Assembly: GCA_907165135.1 (NCBI GenBank)
Contig: OU015570.1
Location: 868,001 to 932,000 of the forward strand
Reading direction: 5' to 3'
Source: Oikopleura dioica
Taxonomy: Eukaryota > Animalia > Chordata
DNA: 64,000 bases
A program made the position numbers and the translations under genes. Under the pieces are notes generated by a model. It saw only the letters and a list, made by a program, of their open reading frames with translations, had not been told where the DNA came from and searched no databases. This document shows, piece by piece, positions 1 to 10,078 of the stretch. Numbering within the stretch: the stretch's first letter is position 1; every line of letters begins with the position of its first letter.

Positions 1-728
1 TGAATTGCAATTTTCCGTGGAGGTTGATGTGAAGATTTTGTTTCGTCATAGAGCGGGAGCGAATATCGATAGCCGAATAGACGTCCTAGATCGTCGGAGT
101 CCATATTGAAGCTGAGTCGATATTTTTGAACCAGTTCGTCAAGTTGCGCTTTTTGTCTCGAGTCAGTTGCACCATAAGAACCAATAGCTGGAACAAAATT
201 GATTTTCTGGGCTTGTTCTGATCGTCTCTTCAAGAAAGCTTCGTAATCTTCTTTCTCACGACCAGAATTCTTGTCGATTTCAATGAGGCCAGTTAGGAAC
301 AAATCAGATGAGTTCGGATCTATTGTTGGAATTTTCTTATTGCATAAAGTGACTGATTTTTCTCCGATCGTTATCCCCTTGAGAGCATCCATTCCCAAAA
401 TGATCGGGCACGATAAGTTTTGAACAATGAGCGGGTCCAACTTCAATCTTAGTGGCGAAGAGCTTGTTTCGAATGTAACATCAATCGGGGAGCTGAGCGT
501 TTTAACATTGACGACTTCTGAGTTCGCACACTTGAGCATGATTGTAGATGGAATTTGTTTGTTGATAGTTGACGGTAATAGATCTAGAACATCTGAGCGG
601 AAACATGTTCTACTTGCGCCACTATCGATAAGGCAGGGAAATTTAAGTCCGTTGAGCATAATTTTTACAAATTTGAGCGAGGCCGGTGCAAAGTGAGCAT
701 ATTCACACGTTTCAATGACTCTTGATAG
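1..728 (-). CDS. pol: Ty3/gypsy-type pol, 5' part (aspartic protease and start of RT); runs off the window edge
   Basis: Manual translation in frame after the gag TGA: LSRVIETCEYAHFAPASLKFVKIMLNGLKFPCLIDSGASRTC...CPIILGMDALKG...QLDELVQKYRLSFNMDSDDLGRL...HQPPRKIAI. DSG protease motif and ILGMD motif present; no stop to position 1. Not in the supplied ORF track. Confidence 0.9.
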
Positions 729-2003
729 TCATGCCTCCTTTTTGATTATTTCCACAACTTCCTTTGGTACGTCTTCCGCATGAAGGTATTTGCACTTTTC
801 GCCAAATCGGCATCGGTTATTTCGGACGTATGAAATGCAGTGTCCTTGGAGCTTGTTGATGGGGATTCTCGATCTTCCCTTTTTCTTCTTCTCCTTTGCT
901 GGCTCCTTCGCAGCAAAGATAATTTCCTTCAGTTGAGAGCATATTTGGGCCATTTCAGATTCCTTCGCATTTGAAGAGCTTTCGGCGACGAAGATATTTT
1001 CTCGTTTGAAGAAGCTTCTTTCCAGTTCCATGGCACGTTGAGCGATATTTCGGAGTGTCAGCAAGGATTTTTCACGTCGGAGCAGTTCAGCGAGTCTTGG
1101 TTCTTGGCATTCGATAAATCGGTCACAAATAATGGATTCATCTGCAGCATCAAGATTGAGCTTTCCGTACCCTTTCTTGAAGAAGGCTTGTAGTTTTGTG
1201 ACTGCCATTTGCTGTGTCTCTTGACCTCGTTGGAACGATGTGTACATGTGCTTGTAGTGCTCCTTGTCTTTACCAAGGACTTGAACGAGCTTACCCTTGA
1301 AGCTGTTCCAGTCTCGTTTTTCTTCTTCCGTGATTGCTTCAACGAGAGAAGTTCCACTTTCCTCCATCAGGATTTGGGACAGGGCAACACTGATAAGATC
1401 TTCGTCGCAAATCTTCGAGCAATTTCCGTAGAGTTCCAGGTTCGAAATAAAATTTTCAACTGGAAGTTGAGCATCAAATTTCGGGGTCTTCATCTTCACT
1501 TGTCCAAACGATTTTGAGCGATCGTTAGCTGGTTCCTTTTTCGGCTGAGCACTTCCTCGGGGCTGAGCATTTCCATTTCGTGGAGTTGATCCAGATGGCT
1601 TAGAGTCAGAGGGTGGTGGCCGGTACTTGGTCTCCTCTTGCTTTTCAGACTCGTCAATTCGGTCAAGAATTGTGGCAAGGTTGTCCATAACAATGATCTC
1701 ATTTATTTTATCGACATCAATCTTATGGTCAGCTCGAGCAGTCTTTTGGACAGCTTCCTGGATGTTAGTAACATCAAATGCGGGGTCGAACTCAAGGCCT
1801 TGGTTTGTCTTTCGAAAAAAGTACTTTTTGTCCAAATCATCGAACAAGTTTGGCTGAATATTGAGCATATTCAGAACACATCCTGACTTGTCAAATCTTG
1901 GGATTGCTAAAGGGTATTTTCGATTTGGGTTCTTGTCATAAACAAGCATAAGTTCCTTGGCAGTGAGGTCAACGACCGTTTTATAGTAAAGCTCGTCCCC
2001 CAT
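729..2003 (-). CDS. gag: LTR retrotransposon Gag (424 aa) with C-terminal CCCH zinc finger
   Basis: Intact ORF. Capsid-like segment (PKFDAQLPVENFISNLE...DWNSFKGKLVQVLG) and C-x8-C-x5-C-x3-H (CISYVRNNRCRFGEKCKYLH). Lies between PBS/LTR and protease. Confidence 0.92.
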   Translation of the reverse strand: MGDELYYKTVVDLTAKELMLVYDKNPNRKYPLAIPRFDKSGCVLNMLNIQPNLFDDLDKKYFFRKTNQGLEFDPAFDVTNIQEAVQKTARADHKIDVDKINEIIVMDNLATILDRIDESEKQEETKYRPPPSDSKPSGSTPRNGNAQPRGSAQPKKEPANDRSKSFGQVKMKTPKFDAQLPVENFISNLELYGNCSKICDEDLISVALSQILMEESGTSLVEAITEEEKRDWNSFKGKLVQVLGKDKEHYKHMYTSFQRGQETQQMAVTKLQAFFKKGYGKLNLDAADESIICDRFIECQEPRLAELLRREKSLLTLRNIAQRAMELERSFFKRENIFVAESSSNAKESEMAQICSQLKEIIFAAKEPAKEKKKKGRSRIPINKLQGHCISYVRNNRCRFGEKCKYLHAEDVPKEVVEIIKKEA

Positions 2004-2130
2004 GATATCGAGAAAATAAGCTTACTGGGTAACCTTAACCTATTTGAGTCTGGTCCTTGAGAAACCAAGTTTTTGGAACGTCGAGCGGCACTTGATCTCT
2101 GTCTCTGACTGTATCTCTTGGGAGGCGTTC

Positions 2131-2148
2131 CGTTTTATTCAGTCACCA
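2131..2148 (-). promoter_or_regulatory. primer-binding site (TGGTGACTGAATAAAACG)
   Basis: TGG-initiated motif 3 nt inside the LTR. Identical in the copy at 39575-39592; the first 10 nt are shared with the element at 13985. Confidence 0.65.
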
Positions 2149-2151
2149 AAA

Positions 2152-2609
2152 TATGTACGTGTTTCTCAATGTACATAAGTTGGATATGAATTTGTAGTTT
2201 ATTGTTATCGCGAGCAGGATAAAAATAGTGAGCGTTGTTTTGTAAAAAGAGCAAGTTTTACAAGTGAGCGAGTAATTTCAAGTGACTATGGAGTTGTGGA
2301 GCAGAGCGACTTATATACTATTTCTGTGCGTACGGACAGAGCTTGGTCCGCACGGAAGTAATACAGTGCGTGGGGAGAAAGGGAGTTCCGTAGGGAAATG
2401 AATAATCACGTGCGTACAGAAGTTCGTGCACAGGGAGAAAGGGCTATACGTAGGGAGCAAGATTCTTTGTTACGGGCGTAGATAGTTTGGTCCGCGCGTA
2501 GAGAAGTCTGTCCGTGCGCAGGGAAGTCTGTCCGTGCGGGGGAGATTGTTTACGCAGGAGTTAATGTAACTCCGCGCGCAGCGCGTATTGCACATTGAGA
2601 TCCACTATA
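2152..2609 (-). mobile_element. 5' LTR of the gag-pol element (~458 bp)
   Basis: Upstream of PBS and gag; close homologue at 39596-40045. The outer boundary is set where the two copies stop matching. Confidence 0.75.
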
Positions 2610-3044
2610 CTCTGGTCACCAGGGGCGTCTCTATGCACTACCATTTACGACCACCTTATAAGCTGTGCTCCAACTGACTCTCGACAAGCTGGAAAAGATT
2701 CGGAATATTCGGAATAAACCAAATTATCAAATTAAAAAGAGAGTTTATACTTTTTGACCATAAGTGTTCGACTTGTTCGAGCCCTACAAAAACCCGAAAA
2801 TTTTGAAAACGAGGGATCATCGACCGAGAGTTTATTTTTTGGAAATAATATTGAGAATGCTTGGCTGGACTCATTAAATCTTTGGCTCTGAATTCTTTGG
2901 CTGTTCAGCAGCTTGTTGATTAGCTTCAATTTGTTGTTCAGCAATCTCCATGATCTCCAAGAAATTTTTGAGCGCCCGAAATGGGATGAATACAGAAGAA
3001 TACTCCATCCAGTGATTATGTATATGGACAATATACATATAATA

Positions 3045-3478
3045 TGGTCCCAGTTTGTAGAGCAGGTTCTATTCACCCAGAATCAATTCACAGAAATTGT
3101 GAACAGGTACAGTGGGTTGCGCAGTTGGTTGCCCCTTTGTGATTGCAGCTTTGGTTGCCCCTTCGCCCGCGCTTTTTCTATTGTTCCTTTCTAGACTTGC
3201 TCAAAGTGATTGCAGGATTGGTTGACCCTTCACCCGCACTTTAGGGGGCAACTACCTGCGCAACCCACTGTAAGTGAGGACCAGCGTCGAAAGAGGCCCA
3301 AAAAATTGGGCAAAATCAACGCCAAGTTTGGCCTCTCAGAACTCAGACCAAAGAATTCACCTCGATCTTGCCCCAATTTTTCGGGCTTCTTCAGGCACTG
3401 GTCCTCACTAGAGTCCCTGTTTACAACTTCTGTGAATTGATTCTGGTTGAATAGAACCTGTTCTTCGAACTGGGACCA
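3045..3478. mobile_element. MITE with ~85-bp TIRs, TA-flanked
   Basis: TGGTCCCAGTT...TCAATTCACAGAA..GTGAGGACCAG inverted at both ends, TA on both sides. Confidence 0.75.
3110..3270. mobile_element. 161-bp Tc1/mariner-type MITE nested in the left TIR of the previous MITE
   Basis: TIR CAGTGGGTTGCGCAG..GTTGCCCC; TA at 3108-3109 and 3271-3272. Confidence 0.85.
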
Positions 3479-5001
3479 TAGGCATAATCACTGGATGGAG
3501 TTTTCGGGCGCTTAAAAATTTCTAGCGCTTTTTGGGACTTCAGAGGCTCAGTATCGGTCGAAAATCTAGTCCGATTCTGATGATCCCTTAATTTTGTCTA
3601 GAGACCTTTTTTAAACATGAAATAAAAAAAAACCGGCCAATTTTTCGGACTTGAAGAATTACGAGTATTTCACGAAATTCCCAGAAAAAAAAGGCTCGTA
3701 ATTGCAACAGTCGACTGTATATCATATATGATATATGGCAAATTTGTCGTCGTATAGTATAAAGTTTTATGTTTCATATATAAAAATATTTTATTGAACA
3801 TTTATTATGGCGGAAAAAGAGAAACACCATATTATATTAAGAAAATTTGTTTTCTGTGCGGACACCCTTGCAGCGCCTGAGGAATCGCGCCGCGCGCTCC
3901 CTGAAAATCGCTCAGAATTTACGAAAAATTGTCGATTTCGTTAAAGTTAGGCCATCCTCCAAAAAATGATCTCAGTTTTGAATTATTTATACAAAATCTC
4001 ATATCTTTAACATTTTTTATTTTTGAAACGGGCGTTCTTTGGTGATTTTTCATTTTCGCCCATTTTGCGGCCTCATAATTTCTCAACCCTTTCATAGAGT
4101 TTTTTGGTTAAAACGTCAAATGGCTTGTTTTTTATAGTTGTTTCACATATCTCATTTTGAGAATCATACGAGCACTATTTCGGGAAGCTATTTTTTGAGC
4201 GTGGACCCTAGATATGAGTAATAAAATTTAAGGATGTCGCGCGCGTAAACTCTACCAGACCCGGTATCTGTAAATGCAGACCGCGGGTCTGCATTCAGGA
4301 TCAAAATTTTGTCTCCTCTGGCCCGTTTTGATTTAGAAATATCGAAAGATGAAGATTTCTCTAATATCAAGCGCGGAACGCTCAAAAGCGCCTGTTTTTA
4401 TGATTCATTAATCATGGATGAACCAATTGATCTGAGAGAAAAACATTATTTAAAGTCACTCATCTTAAAATTCCTATAATTAATTATATCGAAAACAAGA
4501 TTCTGACCCTATATGCATATGGCTGCCACATAAAATTAAAATCTATATTTTGGTTCATAATATATATTTTTCCTTGACATCCTTACGGGACCGAGCTGAT
4601 GTGCTTCTTCAAACGCGGATCATAGCCATAATGACTCATTATTAATGAGGGACTATCACGGGAGCGCTAGGGCCCGATTTCGCTTTTCCAACTACCCGAA
4701 AAAGTAAACACATATTTGGAATCAGCGAAAAAACTGTAGTAGATGATAAATTTTCACAGTTATGCAAGCGACTTAATTTTCCGTGAAAGTCCCTTGACAA
4801 AATTAAGAATCGAGATATTCTGAAAATCTCTTCTGCAGTCATTTCTTTGATTTAAAGATTCTTCAAAATATCATTGTTATACCCTCAACCACAATAAAAT
4901 TTTTTGATTTCTATAGGTCTAACTATTCTGTCAAGTTCGTGTCCGTTTCGTAAAAAAACGTTTTTTTTAAGAAAAACGTTTTGTTCTTTTTGTTGTTTAT
5001 T

Positions 5002-5039
5002 GTTAAAGCTTTCGGTTGTAGATAACCATCTTCAGTATC
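5002..5039 (-). ncRNA. minimal type I hammerhead ribozyme (sense pseudo-LTR)
   Basis: GAUA CUGAAGA U GGUU aucuac AACC GAAA GC U U UAAC then AAUAAA. Core intact, stem II 4 bp, palindromic AGCU stem III, one stem I mismatch. Confidence 0.72.
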
Positions 5040-5238
5040 TAATTTTGTTTTAGTACAGAATAATCAGAGAAATACACACCTTTTTTGAGTGGAAAGGGAA
5101 GAGAATTTTCACACTGATTAGCATTTGACAGAAAGACAACATAAATGGAATTCATCTAGAGAGAAAATGCATAATTTGAACAACAAAATTTCTTGAGCGG
5201 GCTTTTGTTTTGTTGTTCAAATACCCGCTCAAAAAATG

Positions 5239-5790
5239 CTAGATAATTGTTAACTTGTGACACTGGTTTTGTTTGTTCAGATTTGGTGACAACAAGTGAA
5301 TGAAGAAACCTTCATTGAATTTACGTGTCAAGTAATCAAATTGATTTCGAGCTAAAATTTTGAAGTGAGAACGGAGAAAAGATGTTTTAGATGACGGATT
5401 TTGATTATACTTGTGAATTTTTTGGTATTCTTTTTTGTAAGTGGTACAGTGATGAATGTGTGATCCGATTTAAGTTTGATTTGAATGAGAAGCATGCTCT
5501 TTAACACGTTGAGAAAGAAGTCTTTTGGTTTCACCAATATAGTCAGCTCTAGCGCAAGGACATGAAAAATGATAAATTAACGCGCTAGAATTCTGTGGAT
5601 TTTGTCGGGGCTTAAGACGGCCTGTAATGATTGAACTAAGCCTAATGGTTCTCCAACTTATAACTATACGATATTTTGGGAGATATTTTTCGAATATTTT
5701 CAACAAATTTTCATGAACTTTGGAACATCTTTCATTTGTATATGGGATACTCAAAAATAACTCATCATCGTATTTTTCTTTCATCAAAAC
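5239..5790 (-). pseudogene. Penelope-like linker plus GIY-YIG endonuclease with one premature TAA
   Basis: LIYHFSCPCARADYIGETKRLLSQRVKEH...T*IGSHIHHC...HFKILARNQFDYLTRKFNEGFFIHLLSPNLNKQ...LTII*; the only break is TAA at 5470-5472. Confidence 0.9.
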
Positions 5791-5957
5791 AAAAGCCCGC
5801 TCAAGAAATTTTGTTGTTCAAATTATGCATTTTCTCTCTAGATGAATTCCATTTATGTTGTCTTTCTGTCAAATGCTAATCAGTGTGAAAATTCTCTTCC
5901 CTTTCCACTCAAAAAAGGTGTGTATTTCTCTGATAATTCTGTACTTAAACAAAATAC

Positions 5958-5995
5958 GTTACAGAAGATGGTTATCTACAACCGAAAGCGTTAAC
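5958..5995 (+). ncRNA. degenerate hammerhead ribozyme (inverted pseudo-LTR)
   Basis: GUUA CAGAAGA U GGUU aucuac AACC GAAA GC G U UAAC AAUAAA. Stem I perfect, two core substitutions. Confidence 0.6.
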
Positions 5996-6692
5996 AATAA
6001 ACAACAAAAAGAATTATAATACGATGTCAACTACAGTTAATAAAAAACGTTTTGATGCCATTTTGGCCCTTTTCTGGCCTTTAATTGCTCTTTAGCGCCG
6101 ATAGATGGCCGATAATTCGAATGCGGTTATCAGATTCTTACTCAGTGCCAGGGGTGGATATTTTGATTTCAAACCTCATTTCAAACCCCGAAATTCCCGT
6201 TCTCGACCAATCAGGATGGCCGAATTGGTGTTGAAATGAGGAGTTGAAATCAAAATATCTACCCCTGCTCAGTGCACTATAAGCGTTCGAAAGACCCCTT
6301 ACAGTTCTATTTTCGATGACATCGAAAAGTCGAAAAATTGCGATTTTTACGCTAAGTACAAATTACATGCATTTATACGATTTTCGAGGGTCAAAATTTT
6401 GGGTAAAGATGCTCGTAAGGGAGACATATAATACATCAAAATGATTCTCAGAACACGAGGATTCTAAAAATGGGGATTCTTGAGAAATGGGGAGGGGATC
6501 CCTAAACCGCGTGGTACGAATCCGCGCGTATGAGCGCGGGACGAATTGTACATTCCATTGTAGTTTAAGCAAAAACTTGATTAACTCGCAACTCGATCAT
6601 TCGATTCTCTCCAAATTCGCATTTCATCTAGAAGATTTTTGGTTTTAACAGAGTTTTTAATTGGGCTTCGGGAATGTCTTAAAAAAGCCCAA

Positions 6693-6950
6693 TTAAATGA
6701 TAGTCAGAAATTTTTCAGATTTTGATTGAACATTGATATCAGGTCGATCAAGACTGATCATAGCACATTCTTCATTTCGATGTTGGAAATCATTGAAAAT
6801 AATGCGATGAATAACAGAAAAAAGACCTTTAAAATAGTTGAACTTTTCAGATTTTCTTGCAGTGCGCCCGACCGCTGCGAGAACAGAGTTTTTAAAGATT
6901 GAACAATTATCAGTATGTTCACGGATGGCACTGTAATGGTTTTGCAACCT
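6693..6950 (-). pseudogene. second Penelope-like element, GIY-YIG C-terminal half
   Basis: SAIREHTDNC...FKGLFSVIHR...RNEECAMISLDRPDINVQ...LTII*; aligns with the C-terminus at 5239-5470. Confidence 0.8.
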
Positions 6951-7461
6951 ATGCAAATAAGTGAACACAAGAGAAATATACAGACAACTGAGCAAAGTTG
7001 GCTGTGTATAAAAAGAGTAAGGTTTTTGAGCTTTTTATTTGATCTATTCTCTGAGCGAGCAAAAGTGAGAATGACTGTGAGAGAGATGGTGAGCGGTTTT
7101 TATAGTTTTTCAAATTTTCGGGTTCCCAGTTGATTAATCGGCTGTTATTCGATCGTATCGTTTTCATCGGATTAATTGAACATGAACGTAATAATTCGTC
7201 ACCAACGGATTTTGTCACTTGGAAAAGGAATAATTCCATTTTAGCGGATACATCGGATTTCGAGCATCAGGACGTGAAAATAATTTGAAGAGCGGCGTTT
7301 TAAAACGGATTATTTGGTTTTTCAGGAAGGGCGCGCGTTTTAGAGTCGATTATTTCGCCAGCGCTAGTGCGCCATCATTTTCACTTACGCGCCGTGCTCG
7401 CGTGGCAAGCTTTGCTTTGCCCCGCGGCGTGATCGTAATTAGAGCAATTCTGTAAAACCAC

Positions 7462-7674
7462 TACAGCACTTTTTCGGGAAGGTTGTTGATGTTGTGTTTT
7501 ACGTTCAAATAAAGGTTTTTCACTTTCTCCTGTGTAGGAAGATCGACATGGACATACAAATCTGTAAACGACCCCTTGGGGATTAGGGTAATTTTAAGAA
7601 CTTGGTTTCAATCGAGGAAGATTCTTTTGGTCGATTCGAATACACCGCCACGCAATTATGAGCTTGAACTGTGG
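7462..7674 (-). pseudogene. third Penelope-like fragment, GIY-YIG N-terminal half
   Basis: Manual translation PQFKLIIAWRCIRI...RLKPSS*NYPNPQGVVYRFVCPCRSSYTGESEKPLFERKTQH..SRKSAV. Confidence 0.8.
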
Positions 7675-7822
7675 TAAAAATTTTTAACAGTGTCGCAAGA
7701 AAACCTCTTAAAATTGAAAAAATGTCCAGAATTTCCATAAAAAACTGCATACAATCTTGAAAAGATAGTTAAATGTATAAACACAATCATTACTTAGAAC
7801 AAGATTTTTTTCTTAAAAAATA

Positions 7823-8220
7823 CAGTTTATTATGGAATTTTTGGACATTTTTTGTCCCAAGATTTTCGCAAGAATGTCCAAAAATTTGATACACGCTGCC
7901 GAAAAAAATGTCCCATCCAAATCGCTTAAAAAACTTTTTCTGAGGAAAATCTCCATCATCCTCTGTTTTATCCTTCTTCTAAAGACAAAAATATTCTAGA
8001 GGTACGAGATCAAACTTCAATCTAATCTTTCTCAAAGAAAAAGTAAGATTTTTGATAAGAAAAAAAGTCATATCTGGCAAAAAAGCAGAAAATTAAAAAT
8101 TTTGGCGCAAAAAATGTCCAAAAATTTAATACATGCACTTTTGGAAAGTGTCCCAAGATAACCTCTTAAAATTTCAAAAATGTCCAAGAATTTGATGTCC
8201 AAAAATTCCATAAGTAACTG
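7823..8220. mobile_element. TA-flanked MITE (CAGTT..TTATGGAATTTTTGGAC TIR)
   Basis: Imperfect TIRs, TA on both sides; related to the CAGTT..GTGGAC family. Confidence 0.7.
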
Positions 8221-8468
8221 TATGAATATTAGAGCTTTGATTTGTCGATGGAGGTAAAGCTGGATTTTCTGTGGTGACTATATTTTTGAAATGAAGAAAT
8301 TTATTGAAAAAAGATTCTGTTAAAGAATAATAATCAGTGCAAAAAAAGAAGGTATTGAGTATAAATTCTTTCCTAACTTCATTTAATTCATTTTTAATAC
8401 CATCCATGATTAGGGTTTGTATTGGAAAAAGAAAAATTAGTTAATTTCACTAAAACTGATTCTCCAGA

Positions 8469-8865
8469 TGTAACTTTTTCCGCTGATTCCGAATATATAT
8501 AAAAAATTTTGAGATTCTAAGTTACTGCCGACTTATAAATGATAAGGTCTTAAAAAGTGACCCCTTGTAACTAGCATTTCTGAAGGTAATCCTTGACTGC
8601 AAATTCAATAATTTTTTAGCTAACAGGTAGCTGGCCACTTCCGAGAACTGTTTTGTAAAGATTACCCGGTTTTATTTCCACCTGATTCTCTACAGTTGTA
8701 CATTCTCTCCGAGCAACTCGTTATTTATTTCCAGATTTTCTCTTCAATAATATACAGCGACGATTACTCAACTACCCGACTCTTTCTTGTTGTCCTAGAG
8801 ATTAGCAGGCATTCTTCCAGTGGAAACAGGCAGTATAGCAGACGCCTTACAGTGGTGTCTAGAAG
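8469..8865 (+). mobile_element. putative LTR (TGTAA...TTACA, 8469-8851) with PBS-like TGGTGTCTAGAAG
   Basis: Canonical termini and a TATATAAA box, followed by a long A/C-rich leader and a gag-like ORF. No second LTR in the window to confirm. Confidence 0.45.
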
Positions 8866-9473
8866 ACCCGATTATTGGAAAAGTGACGATTTCTCCGACA
8901 AGTAAAATTTGCCGGTTCGACCAATTAGAGACCGCGAAGTACGAATCGACTACGATTTCACTTGGAACCGCTAAAAAACAGCCGTTTCAAAGAGAAAGTA
9001 GCAAAAAACAGAATTTCTCGCCGCGAACCAAATTTCCGTTGGCACTGATCACCACCAACCGAAATCGCCGCGAGACAAGAACCACGCACCACCCACGCAC
9101 CAAGCACGGAGCGCGCCCGCGCCACTCCTCCGCTCACCACTCACACACCTCCAACACCTCGCGAGCGCCACCAAACCGCAACTGCCCTGCCGCGGACAAG
9201 TGACGCATCGCCCACCCACACACGCAAAACCGGAATACCACTCACACAGAAAATAAATCAGAAGACACTCACAACGCCGCGGAAAATAAAACAAAGACAA
9301 ACAGAAGACAGAGAATTTTACGAAAACACTTCCAGCAAGAGAAAATTTGCCAAGAGAAGACAAGAACTCCAAGATCGACAACGCGACATCCGTAAAAAGT
9401 TGCTGGCTATTTCTGAGGGCCCAAAAAATAAAACTTTTGACCAAGATCTCGTGACTTCGCACATTTTTGAGCC

Positions 9474-10078
9474 ATGACCGACAATGATCCGGGATCAATA
9501 TACGAAGCAGGCGTCCGAATCTCTCTGCTCTTGAAGATGAACCGCGACATGGAAAGTCAGATACAAGCTGGCGCGACAAAAAAAGCGATTCTTCGCCCTC
9601 TCATCAACAAGAACATCCTCGAAAGAGATAAAATAAACGCGATGATGGGAAACCTGTGCAAAAACGAACTCAACCGGTCCCAGTCTTTTGCTCAAGGTCA
9701 TAACGTCTCGGATTATCGAGAAGTAGCTCACATCACATCCATATTTTCACGATACATGAGGGACACTTCCAAACTCGACGGAAGCTCCCACGCAGAATTT
9801 ACAAACTTCTTGGGCAGACTATCAATATTTCATAAAGCACACGTCGGCGGTCACGCAAGCAGACTACGACCATTCTTGAACTGCGTGTATTCACACCTCG
9901 ATATCTCCATCGAGAGACAGATCGGTGAAGAGATCCTCCAGTGCTCAACCTGGGAAGATGCGTAGACAATTCTAGAGAAGAATTTCGGCGATAAGAGCCA
10001 CTTCTACCTCTCTTTATCTGAGGTTTGGGACATCGAATTCGACACTACCAAACCAACTGCACACTACGCCGCAGAAAT
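9474..10078 (+). pseudogene. gag-like ORF of a third LTR family, one premature TAG, truncated
   Basis: 163-aa ORF continues after TAG as TILEKNFGDKSHFYLSLSEVWDIEF...; STWEDA*TILEKNFG resembles the gag TW...L...FG motif. Confidence 0.55.

Larger units (their letters stand above)
2780..3717 (-). mobile_element. internally deleted pogo-like relic of the 35.5-kb family
   Basis: ~2780-2960 matches the transposase C-terminal exon at ~35530-35700. End at 3717 reads TA-CAGTCGACTGTTGCAATTACGAG on the minus strand, matching the TIR at 35483. Confidence 0.65.
4975..6010 (-). mobile_element. 5'-truncated Penelope-like element with 3' pseudo-LTR and an inverted pseudo-LTR at its 5' end
   Basis: ~4975-5212 and ~5781-6010 are inverted copies flanking a GIY-YIG reading frame. 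Both arms contain a hammerhead motif and AATAAA. Confidence 0.88.

Noticed and set aside
427-1886. Short ORFs overlapping gag/pol in other frames or antisense
   Set aside because: Shadow ORFs of a real coding region with no motifs of their own.
1-2609. env gene or full-length status for the gag-pol element
   Set aside because: RT core, RNase H, integrase, any env and the 3' LTR lie outside the window.
3577-3620. CTGATGA here and at 62502 as further hammerheads
   Set aside because: No stem II closed by GAAA and no stem I pairing.
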